Assembly (NCBI GenBank): GCA_002269645.1 | Contig: NIVC01001145.1 | Location: 62,001-126,000, forward strand | Length of the DNA: 64,000 bases | Direction of reading: 5' to 3' | Origin: Macrostomum lignano | Taxonomy: Eukaryota | Shown here: one piece after another, positions 45,426 to 56,341 of the stretch | Layout of the letters: every line of letters starts with the position of its first letter | How positions within the stretch are numbered: position 1 is the first letter of the stretch | Notes under the pieces: generated by a model | Told to the model about the DNA's origin: nothing | The model's database searches: none | Seen by the model: only the letters and a program-made list of their open reading frames with translations | Program-made: the position numbers and the translations under genes

Positions 45426-46328
45426 TGTCTATGGCCAACAGTGGCAGAATCGGATATTAAAGCGTGGATTCAACTTTGGCAAATTTGTGGAATTTTTGGG
45501 ATTTTAACTTTTTAAGAAGACTTTTGCGATCTTTTTTGCCAGAGAGGCTCACAGAGGTAGGCTAAAGATGTTGGTATTTTTATTTTGAACTTTTTCATTG
45601 ATGCCAGTTTGCAACCTGAATTCGGATTCAGGATGCCAAACCCGTTGGATTTTGAGTTTTTAAAGTAGACATGAAAGGTGAAGAGTTTTGCACCTTCTGC
45701 CTCACTTTCGCCTCTCTTATGCCTATTTTGTGCCACTTGTGCACCTTTTGTTCACCCGAGTGGCTCTGCAGGGTCAGAAGGTGAATTTAAGGCACGAACT
45801 AGGCGGTAGGGGCACAGGTGTCGTAGGGGATTTAGGTGCATTAAAGGTGCACAGTGTGCATTGAGGCACAAAAGGTGAACAAAGTAGGAATTGGGGGCAT
45901 TGGTGGAGTGAAAGGTAAAAAAAGGTGCGCTGCGGTGGAGGTGCATAAAAAGTGTGTAGTGTGCACTGGAGGCACGAAAGGTGAATAAAAGGTGCACAGT
46001 GGGCACTTTAGGCGTTGAGGCAATGCAAGGGGCGTTAAAGTTTCAACTGGCGAAGTTCTTTGCTACCTTTTCTCACTATTCGAAATTTTTCCTCACTAAT
46101 GCAAAGCTTTTCATCACTTTTCGGAGCTTTTCCTGAGTTGAAATTTATTAAAACTTATCAGTATAGGGAATGTTTAGTTTCGTGGTTTGTCAGGAGTAGG
46201 AAGGGGATAGCAGCATTAGTATAGGTGTAAATAAAGCTTTTCTATGTTCAATCTGTGCATGCAATGTACGAGTATGTAACTCTCAGTTAATTTTTTGTTA
46301 CGAATTATTAATGCGTTAATAATTGCAT

Positions 46329-46766
46329 AGGCATGAAAGGTGAGCGAGGTGCACAGAAGAGGCACTTTAGGGGTCTATTTCGAGCGTGTTTTGGAAATGC
46401 ACCTGTATACATATTTACGCCGCACATGTACACCTTATGAACCTCTAATTCACCTTTCGTGCACTTTCTGCGCCCCTTCAGCACCTTTCCTACACCTGCT
46501 GTGCCTCACTTGTGAGCCTGCTGTTCACCTTTTGCGCACCTCCAGTGCCCCTTACGCACCTTTACTGCCCCTACCGCCGCAACCAATCAAAATTGAGAAT
46601 TCACCTACTGCCTGACCACTTCACCGATTGTACACCTTTCATGCCTCTTTTCAAAAATATTGGTGACATTTAGGCATAAAAGGTGCACTCATGTGCATTT
46701 CCAAAGCACACACGAAATAGGCCATTAAGGTGCCTCTTTTGTGCACCTCGCTCACCTTTTATGCCT
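46329..46766. mobile_element. MITE/foldback-like element with about 75-bp terminal inverted repeats
   Basis: The left end AGGCATGAAAGGTGAGCGAGGTGCACAGAAGAGGCAC...GGAAATGCAC is nearly the reverse complement of GTGCATTTCC...GTGCCTCTTTTGTGCACCTCGCTCACCTTTTATGCCT. No clear TSD. Related AAAGGTGCA-rich inverted segments at about 45720-46010. Confidence 0.6.
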
Positions 46767-46869
46767 CTCCAGGTGCATAAATTTTCCAACGGGAAATATA
46801 GAATTCATTTGGCAAGAGTTACGAGCGTATAGTCTATGGGTCCAGTTAGGATCGAATTTGGAACTTAAG

Positions 46870-47027
46870 TAAATAATAAACGCCGTTTAATTCACATTCT
46901 GTGGTTAGAATGTCCGAGGCTGCGTTTAATGGTCTCGAGGCGAGCGTAGCGAGCCGAGGACCATTGATTGTATCCGAGGATATTCTAACCATAGACTATG
47001 ATGAATCAAACGGCGTTATCATATATT
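46870..47027. mobile_element. About 160-bp hairpin (palindromic MITE-like) element
   Basis: AACGCCGTTTAATTCA...GGTTAGAATGTCCGAGG...AATGGTCTCG / CGAGGACCATT...CCGAGGATATTCTAACC...TGAATCAAACGGCGTT around a GCGAGCGTAGCGAGC centre. Confidence 0.6.
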
Positions 47028-48075
47028 AAATTCGATTGCTCCTGATTTCGAGGAGATTATATGATATAGTATCATAGTTTTTGTTAAAAATTACCACAGA
47101 CAACACATTCCCGGCTCAGAATAGTACAATTTTTTAACGATTAAATAAGCAATCGTATTTTATATGCACAGTCATAGATAAATAAAACGATTCATTTCTA
47201 TGTATATGATAGCCTCATTAGTGATACATCTATTCCAGGGGTCCGGCCGTCCCGCTGCTCAAGGTTTATGTCACTTCTCTCCTCTCTATAATCTTCTTTC
47301 AATTGACTCCTGTTCGACACTTCTTACCCCCTCATCTCTAGGACTCTAGGCTATGCTACGTACTAAAAGACAAACATCTGTCAACTTTATTTGTCAAACA
47401 CCATATTGTGTTTAAGCTCCTGGGTACAGGAGATTTAGCCCTTGAAACTAGGCAACAGATTAGGAAACAGATTAAGATTCTTGACAGCATCTTTCGCATT
47501 GGATTACTTTTAAATGTACATGTTGTTAAGTCGGTTGGGACCTCATTGGTTAATATTAGACTTGCATCTGTTTGGCTCATAGTTTTTAGAGATACAGAGG
47601 ATTGTGATGAGTTTCTCTTTAGTAGCTAATAGTGTCGGAGTTAGAAGGACTATACTTGACTGATCAAAACGACAGGAATGAGAGTAGGGCCAGGGAGGTC
47701 TCTGCGAAGGGAAGCGCGGTGCGGAGATGTGGTATATGGGGATAGAGCAGAAGGAACTGTATATCAGTTTCGCCATCCTCTCCTTCCTTGTTCCCCGTAC
47801 GAGTAGCTGTATGTGGAAAGAAAAACTACCCCTTCCTTGCTCCTTCCCGCTGTACGCCGGTGCGGTACGAGCTCAAGTCGCGGAAGTGGGACCTGGAATG
47901 AGGGGGGGGGGGGGGTTGGGCGTGAATGCTAGTGTGCGCGTGCGCATCTAACTCGACGTTATTAAATATCGACTCTGTCATTGGGAGAGCGCGTCCACTG
48001 CTGATAAATAATTCACAATTTCTATCATTAACTCCCGAGTCTAACAGTCTTGAAATCTGTTCATCAAAAAAACAC

Positions 48076-51000
48076 ATGGTAAGAATAATTTGAAAAATAT
48101 CTGGCCATGTCTCTGACCTTCTAAATGACTATAGAGAGTCTGGCTTTAAGAGTACTCCTGGCACTCCTCCAAGAGTATCCTCTGGCATCTGAAGAGTATA
48201 TTCTGGCAGCTGAAGAGTATCTTTATGGCATCTGAAGAGTATCTTTATGGCATCTGGCACTGGCACTGGCACTCACCCAAGAGTATCATCTGGCACTCAC
48301 CCAAGAGTATCATCTGGCACTCACCCAAGAGTATCATCTGGCACTCATCCAAGAGTATCATCTTGCACTCACCCAAGAGTATCATCTGGCACTCACCCAA
48401 GAGTATCATCTGGCACTCACCCAAGAGTATCATCTGGCACTCACCCAAGAGTATCATCTGGCAATCACCCTAGAGTATCATCTGGCACTCACCCAAGAGT
48501 ATCATCTTGCACTCACCCAAGAGTATCATCTGGCACTCACCCAAGAGTATCATCTGGCACTCACCCAAGAGTATCATCTGGCACTCACCCAAGAGTATCA
48601 TCTGGCACTCACCCAAGAGTATCATCTGGCACTCATCCAAGAGTATCATCTGGCACTCACCCAAGAGTATCATCTGGCACTCATCCAAGAGTATCATCTG
48701 GCACTCACCCAAGAGTATCATCTGGCACTCATCCAAGAGTATCATCTGGCACTCACCCAAGAGTATCATCTGGTACTCACCCAAGAGTATCATCTGGCAC
48801 TCATCCAAGAGTATCATCTGGCACTCACCCAAGAGTATCATCTGGCACTCATCCAAGAGTATCATCTGGCACTCACCCAAGAGTATCATCTGGCACTCAT
48901 CCAAGAGTATCATCTGGCACTCACCCAAGAGTATCGTCTGGCACTCACCCAAGAGTATCATCTGGCACTCACCCAAGAGTATCATCTGGCACTCACCCAA
49001 GAGTATCATCTTGCACTCACCCAAGAGTATCATCTTGCACTCACCCAAGATTATCATCTGGCACTCACCCAAGAGTATCATCTGGCACTCACCCAAGAGT
49101 ATCATCTGGCACTCACCCAAAGAGTATCATCTGGCACTCACCCAAGAGTATCATCTGGCACTCATCCAAGAGTATCATCTGGCACTCACCCAAGAGTATC
49201 ATCTTGCACTCACCCAAGATTATCATCTGGCACTCATCCAAGAGTATCATCTGGCACTCATCCAAGAGTATCATCTGGCACTCATCCAAGAGTATCATCT
49301 GGCACTCATCCAAGAGTATCATCTGGCACTCACCCAAGAGTATCATCTGGCACTCATCCAAGAGTATCATCTGGCACTCACCCAAGAGTATCATCTGGCA
49401 CTCATCCAAGAATATCATCTGGCACTCACCCAAGAGTACCATCTGGCACTCACCCAAGAGTATCATCTGGCACTCACCCAAAGAGTATCATCTGGCACTC
49501 ACCCAAGAGTATCATCTGGCACTCATCCAAGAGTATCATCTGGCACTCACCCAAGAATATCATCTGGCACTCACCCAAGAGTATCATCTGGCACTCACCC
49601 AAGAGTATCATCTGGCAATCACCCAAGAGTATCATCTGGCACTCACCCAAGAGTATCATCTGGCACTCACCCAAGAGTATCATCTGGCACTCATCCAAGA
49701 GTATCATCTGGCACTCATCCAAGAGTATCATCTGGCACTCACCCAAGAGTATCATCTGGCACTCATCCAAGAGTATCATCTGGCACTCACCCAAGAGTAC
49801 CATCTGGCACTCACCCAAGAGTATCATCTGGCACTCATCCAAGAGTACCATCTGGCACTCACCCAAGAGTATCATCTGGCACTCACCCAAGAGTATCATC
49901 TGGCACTCACCCAAGAGTATCATCTGGCACTCACCCAAGAGTATCATCTGGCACTCACCCAAGAGTATCATCTGGCACTCACCCAAGAGTACCATCTGGC
50001 ACTCACCCAAGAGTACCATCTGGCACTTACCCAAGAGTATCATCTGGCACTCATCCAAGAGTATCATCTGGCACTCACCCAAGAGTATCATCTGGCAATC
50101 ACCCAAGAGTATCATCTGGCACTCACCCAAGAGTATCATCTGGCAATCACCCAAGAGTACCATCTGGCACTCATCCTGTCTCAAGTGTATCTCTAACTCC
50201 TTTAAAGAGCACCCAAAACTAGCCTAGAGACAGCTTAGACACAGAATCAGTCCTGGAACTTTCAGACTCAAAATATTCAGCCATCTAGCAATGTTACTAA
50301 ACTTATATAAACCTGTCAATTACAGGGTGCCCAACAGAGCTACACTCTTGCCGACGTACGCCAGCGCGCCGAAGCTGGCGGAGCCGGCGACAACAACAAA
50401 TCGTCGAACGAAGCCGACGAAACACGCGACGCCGCTATTCAAGGCGTCCGGCTGGGCCTGCCGGCTGGCAACAGCAGCCGTCAAGTTGTTGAAGCCAACA
50501 TTGAGAGCATGTCCCGAGAGAAACTAATGGAACATCTCGCCCAGCTGGGTGTACCTCCGGCCGCTGAAGTGTCTGACGCTGATCTGGCCGCTATGCTGAA
50601 GTTGGCCGTTCGCAGCGACTTCTGGCGCGGTGTCTGGCAGCAGCATCCCAATAAGGGCCTGCTGCGCATGTGGATGTACTCTCACGATGGATTTAGAAAG
50701 CGGCTGACCGCCCTGCGCCAGACTGTGGCCGGCGATGGCGACTTGACTGCCGCTCAGGTGGGGCAAAGGCTCTTTCAATCTCTGCGTAGATTCATTAGAT
50801 TGCTTTGCCTTTTACAAGAGAGTCCTTATATCCCATTTGAGGATCGCCTCTAGTACCATTTTCAAGAACTCCCCCTGATACCATTTCCAAAAATCCCCTC
50901 TGATACCGTTTCTTCTAATAATTCCCTCTGATACCTTTTATAAGAATTCCCTCTGATACCGTTTCTTAGAATTCCCTCTGATACCGTTTCTAGGAATTCC

Positions 51001-52327
51001 CTCTGATGCCGTTTCTTAGAATTCCCTCTGATACCGTTTCTAGGAATTCCCTCTGATACCGTTTCTTCTAATAATTCCCTCTGATACCTTTTATAAGAAT
51101 TCCCTCTGATACCGTTTCTTAGAATTCCCTCTGATACCGTTTCTAGGAATTCCCTCTGATGCCGTTTCTTAGAATTCCCTCTGATACCGTTTCTAGGAAT
51201 TCCCTCTGATACCGTTTCTTTTAATAATTCCCTCTGATACCTTTTATAAGAATTCCCTCTGATACTGTTTCTAAGAATTCCCTCTGATGCCGTTTCTTAG
51301 AATTCCCTCTGATACCGTTTCTTAGAATTCCCTCTGATACCGTTTCTTAGAATTCCTTTGATACCGTTTCCAAGAATTTCCTCTGATGCCGTTTCCAAGA
51401 ATTCCCTCTGATACCGTTTCTAGGAATTCCCTCTGATACTGTTCCCAAGAATTCCCTCTGATACCGTTTCCAAGAATTCCCTCTGGCTCTGATACCGTTT
51501 CCAAGAATTCCCTCTGGCTCTGATACCGTTTCCAAGAATTCCCTCTGATACCGTTTCCAAGAATTCCCTCTGATGCTGTTTCCAAGAATTCCCTCTGATA
51601 CCGTTTCCAAGAATTCCCCCTGATGCCGTTTCCAAGAATTCCCCCTGATGCCGTTTCCAAGAATTCCCTCTGATACCGTTTCTTAGAATTCCCTCTGATA
51701 CCGTTTCTAGGAATTCCCTCTGATACCGTTTCTTAGAATTCTTTTGATACCGTTTCCAAGAATTCCCTCTGATGCTTTTTCCAATAGCCGCCCTAGTATC
51801 ATTTCTAAGATTCCTTCTCATTTTTATTACTCTTTTTGTTTAAAAAATCGCAAACTTATTGAAAAAAAAAAGTATTTTTGTCTACTAAAAGTAGGATTAT
51901 AAATTTTTTTCTCATTTAATTTCTTGTTCAACAGGTCGCCGACGTGGACAGTCATTTGCAGGGATTTCTAAAAAAGAACGCTCCCCATTCGGAGTTCGAA
52001 GACGCTCAACTGTTCCCCTACTTCAAAGAGGCCTATCCTCAGTTCGCTCAGTTCTGGCAAGAGATCGACAATCAGCATGGCAAGTTCAACGAAGTAGTGA
52101 AGAAAGCCACTGAGGCGATCGCTGCCGGCGCTTCCGGTGGCGCCAACGGCGACGCTAGAAAATCTCTGGCCGGCGCTGTTAACGGGCTGGCTGATTTCTA
52201 TGAAGATCACCTGCTGCTTGAGGAGCGACTCATGGTGCCGCTTTGGCTCAATGTCACGGATGCCCAGAAGGCCGAATTGCGTAGCCGTCTGCGCGGAATG
52301 TATTGGCTGTCGTCATATTCATTCTGA
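48076..52327 (+). CDS. Stand-alone hemerythrin-like (HHE cation-binding) protein with N-terminal myristoylation motif, 3 exons, about 275 aa
   Basis: Exons: 48076-48078 (ATG|gtaaga, inferred), 50326-50757, 51935-52327, all phase 0. Metal-ligand pattern H...HxxxE...H...HxxxE: MYSHDGFRKRL, PHSEFEDAQLFPYF, IDNQHGKF, FYEDHLLLEERLMVP. Spliced N-terminus is MGAQQS. AATAAA near 52396. Confidence 0.8.
48165..50175. repeat. 24-bp minisatellite (CTCACCCAAGAGTATCATCTGGCA), intron 1 of the hemerythrin-like gene
   Basis: About 83 units producing 8-aa-period spurious ORFs. Two +1 insertions at about 49121 and 49482. Confidence 0.97.
50865..51780. repeat. About 25-bp minisatellite (GAATTCCCTCTGATACCGTTTCTTA), intron 2 of the hemerythrin-like gene
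   Basis: Tandem units, each with an EcoRI site. Confidence 0.96.
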
Positions 52328-52439
52328 TTTCTTGGGGTAGAGCGATGAGATTAGTTTTATCGTTAGAAGTTTTAGCAGTTTTATTACACTTTTCATTTAG
52401 CTACTTGAAGTAGTCAATAAAGAAACGTTTGAATTTTAA

Positions 52440-55075
52440 TCCGATTGATTCTTCAACTTTTGATCGATTCTTAAACTTTGATCTGATCGATTTCTTAAAC
52501 TTTGATCTGATCGATTTCCTCAACTTTGATCTGATCGATTTCTTAAACTTTGATCTGATCGATTTCCTCAACTTTGATCTGATCGATTTCTTAACTTTGA
52601 TCTGATCGATTTCTTAAACTTTGATCTGATCGATTTCTTAAACTTTGATCTGATCGATTTCCTCAACTTTGATCTGATCGATTTTAAAACTTTGATCAGA
52701 TCGATTTTAAAACTTTGATCTGATCGATTTCCTCAACTTTGATCTGATCGATTTCTTAAACTTTGATCTGATCGATTTCTTAAACTTTGATCTGATCGAT
52801 TTCCTCAACTTTGATCTGATCGATTTCCTCAACTTTGATCTGATCGATTTCCTCAACTTTGATCTGATCGATTTCCTCAACTTCGATCTGATCGATTTCT
52901 TAAACTTTGATCTGATCGATTTTCTCAACTTTGATCTGATCGATTTCTTAAACTTTGATCTGATCGATTTCCTCAACTTTGATCTGATCGATTTCTTAAA
53001 CTTTGATCTGATCGATTTCCTCAACTTTGATCTGATCGATTTCTTAAACTTTGATCTGATCGATTTCCTCAACTTTGATCTGATCGATTTCTTAACTTTG
53101 ATCTGATCGATTTCTTAAACTTTGATCTGATCGATTTCTTAAACTTTGATCTGATCGATTTCTTAAACTTTGATCTGATCGATTTCCTCAACTTTGATCT
53201 GATCGATTCTTAAACTTTGATCTGATCAATTCTTAAACTTTGATCTGATCGATTTCTTAAACTTTGATCTGATCGATTTCTTAAACTTTGATCTGATCGA
53301 TTTCTTAAACTTTGATCTGATCGATTTTAAAACTTTGATCTGATCGATTTTAAAACTTTGATCTGATCGATTTTAAAACTTTGATCTGATCGATTTCTTA
53401 AACTTTGATCTGATCGATTTCTTAAACTTTGATCTGATCGATTTCCTCAACTTTGATCCGATCGATTCTTAAACTTTGATCTGATCGATTCTTAAACTTT
53501 GATCTGATCGATTTCTTAAACTTTGATCTGATCGATTTCCTAAACTTTGATCTGATCGATTCCTAAACTTTGATCTGATCGATTCTTAAACTTTGATCTG
53601 ATCGATTTTAAAACTTTGATCTGATCGATATTTAAACTTTGATCTGATCGATTCCTAAACTTTGATCTGATCGATTCTTAAACTTTGATCTGATCGATTT
53701 TAAAACTTTGATCTGATCGATTCTTACACTTTGATCTGGTCGATTTTTAACTTTGATCTGATCGATTCCTAAACTTTGATCTGATCGATTCCTAAACTTT
53801 GATCTGATCGATTCTTACACTTTGATCTGATCGATATTTAAACTTTGATCTGATCGATTCCTAAACTTTGATCTGATCGATTCCTAAACTTTGATCTGAT
53901 CGATTCCTAAACTTTGATCTGATCGATTCCTAAACTTTGATCTGATCGATTCCTAAACTTTGATCTGATCGATTCCTAAACTTTGATCTGATCGATTCTT
54001 AAACTTTGATCTGATCGATTTTAAAACTTTGATCTGATCGATATTTAAACTTTGATCTGATCGATTCCTAAACTTTGATCTGATCGATTCTTAAACTTTG
54101 ATCTGATCGATTTTAAAACTTTGATCTGATCGATTCTTACACTTTGATCTGATCGATTTTTAACTTTGATCTGATCGATTCCTAAACTTTGATCTGATCG
54201 ATTCCTAAACTTTGATCTGATCGATTCCTAAACTTTGATCTGATCGATTCTTAAACTTTGATCTGATCGATTTTAAAACTTTGATCTGATCGATATTTAA
54301 ACTTTGATCTGATCGATATTTAAACTTTGATCTGATCGATTCTTAAACTTTGATCTGATCGATTTTAAAACTTTGATCTGATCGATTCTTAAACTTTGAT
54401 CTGATCGATTTTAAAACTTTGATCTGATCGATTCTTAAACTTTGATCTGATCGATTCTTAAACTTTGATCTGATCGATTTTAAAACTTTGATCTGATCGA
54501 TATTTAAACTTTGATCTGATCGATTCCTAAACTTTGATCTGATCGATTCTTGCACTTTGATCTGATCGATTTTAAAACTTTGATCTGATCGATTCCTAAA
54601 CTTTGATCTGATCGATTCTTAAACTTGGATCTGATCGATTCTTAAACTTTGATCTGATCGATTTTAAAACTTTGATCTGATCGATATTTAAACTTTGATC
54701 TGATCGATTCCTAAACTTTGATCTGATCGATTCTTAAACTTTGATCTGATCGATTTTAAAACTTTAATCTGATCGATTCTTACACTTTGATCTGATCGAT
54801 TTTTAAACTTTGATCTGATCGATTCTTAAACTTTGATCTGATCGATATTTAAACTTTGATCTGATCGATTCCTAAACTTTGATCTGATCGATTTTAAAAC
54901 TTTGATCTGATCGATTTTAAAACTTTGATCTGATCGATTTTAAAACTTTGATCTGATCGATTCTCCAACTTTGATCTGATCGATTCCTAAACTTTGATCT
55001 GATCGATATTTAAACTTTGATCTGATCGATTCCTAAACTTTGATCTGATCGATTCTTGCACTTTGATCTGATCGA
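52440..55075. repeat. 24/23-bp GATC-rich minisatellite (AAACTTTGATCTGATCGATTTCTT)
   Basis: About 110 units; 24-bp units dominate the left part and 23-bp units the right. Confidence 0.97.
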
Positions 55076-55669
55076 AATAATTTTTGAGTTAAAAGTATTT
55101 GATTTAGTGTTCCGATGACTTTGAGTAATATGAAAATTAGAATTTGCTACTTCAAATAGCTTTTGTCAGAGAAAGGTATTTGATAGGAAAACAATTTTAT
55201 TTATTGTTAATCTGTCTAAATGTTAGCAATTCTAATACTCTATTCGTAATCGTTAATCTTTAGCATACGTTATTTGTTATCGAATTGTTTTGATTGTATC
55301 AACCGCATATTTATATAACTATGCTTTTTATGTCGTTCAATTAATGATTAATTATGAATTTAACAACCCATTATTTTTGGCCAGTCATTCTATTGTCGTA
55401 ATCTGCGAGTATTTATTATTTTTGTTATATTTGCATGTTTTCTCTGTTAAAATACATGTACTCCTGACATAAGCTTGACAGCTGTTTATAGATTTGGGGT
55501 TAATAGTAAACATTTTTATGGTATGTTCTTTTGTTTTGTGCTTTTGTTGTTTTATTACTTTTTGATTAAGATTAAAACAAAATTATCTTGTATTGTTTAG
55601 TTCATTAAAGTCCGTTCTAAATATCATCCTTAAAAAGTTGCTTTTTCAAGTTTTATATATTGTCTCAAA

Positions 55670-55845
55670 AAAAGTGTGTACTTTAAAAGTACATGTTATC
55701 AATTTGTACTTTAAAAGTACACGTGCTCTCGGTGTGCACTTTAAACATACATGTACTTATCAGTGTGGCACTTTTAAAGTACACGTACTTATCTGTGTGC
55801 ACTTTAAAAGTACATGCGCTAATCGATGTACACTTAAATAGTGCA
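55670..55845. repeat. Degenerate tandem repeat with palindromic core TGTACTTTAAAAGTACA
   Basis: About 5-6 units. Confidence 0.75.
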
Positions 55846-56341
55846 GTCACGATATTAGCAAACATTTCATCGACTATCTATTATGCTTATGTAAGTGTTT
55901 AAGTCAATTTGCATCATACCAATCATTCTGCCATTGCAATAAGATTTTTCCAGATTTTACTAATTTCGTAATGTTTCTATTATACTACTATAATTTTCGC
56001 TACTGTTATAATTGTTCTACTATAATTACAATTGCATTATATTTTTGTTTTTTTGTTCGGTGTCTTTAGATAGTAGCTAAAAAATCTAAAACTTTGAATT
56101 ATGCGCAACAAAATAAAAAGCGCAATTTAATTTTTTGCTTGTTTGTTTGTTTGTGTGTGTGTGCGTTTGTGTACGTTTGTTTGTGTTTGTTTGTGTTTGT
56201 TGTTCGTTGCATTATTTAAATACAAAATCTTACTGGCGTTTTATTTTTTTCTCGAGCTATACTTTTGTAGCAGGTTTTCTGTTGCTTTCAGGGAGAGAAA
56301 GAGAGTTGGCTGCAGCAGGCGCCTTTTGGGCAGTAGGTAGG

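Noticed and set aside
47356-48077. Short ORFs (73-83 aa) upstream of the hemerythrin-like gene
   Set aside because: No recognisable motif or consistent splice chain. Possibly TE debris or promoter sequence.
48247-50222. 571- and 649-aa repetitive ORFs
   Set aside because: Translations of the 24-bp array; frames shift at single-base insertions. The array lies in intron 1 of the hemerythrin-like model.
50326-52327. Bacterial contamination as the source of the hemerythrin-like sequence
   Set aside because: The CDS is split by GT-AG introns filled with host-type minisatellites and is contiguous with animal genes.
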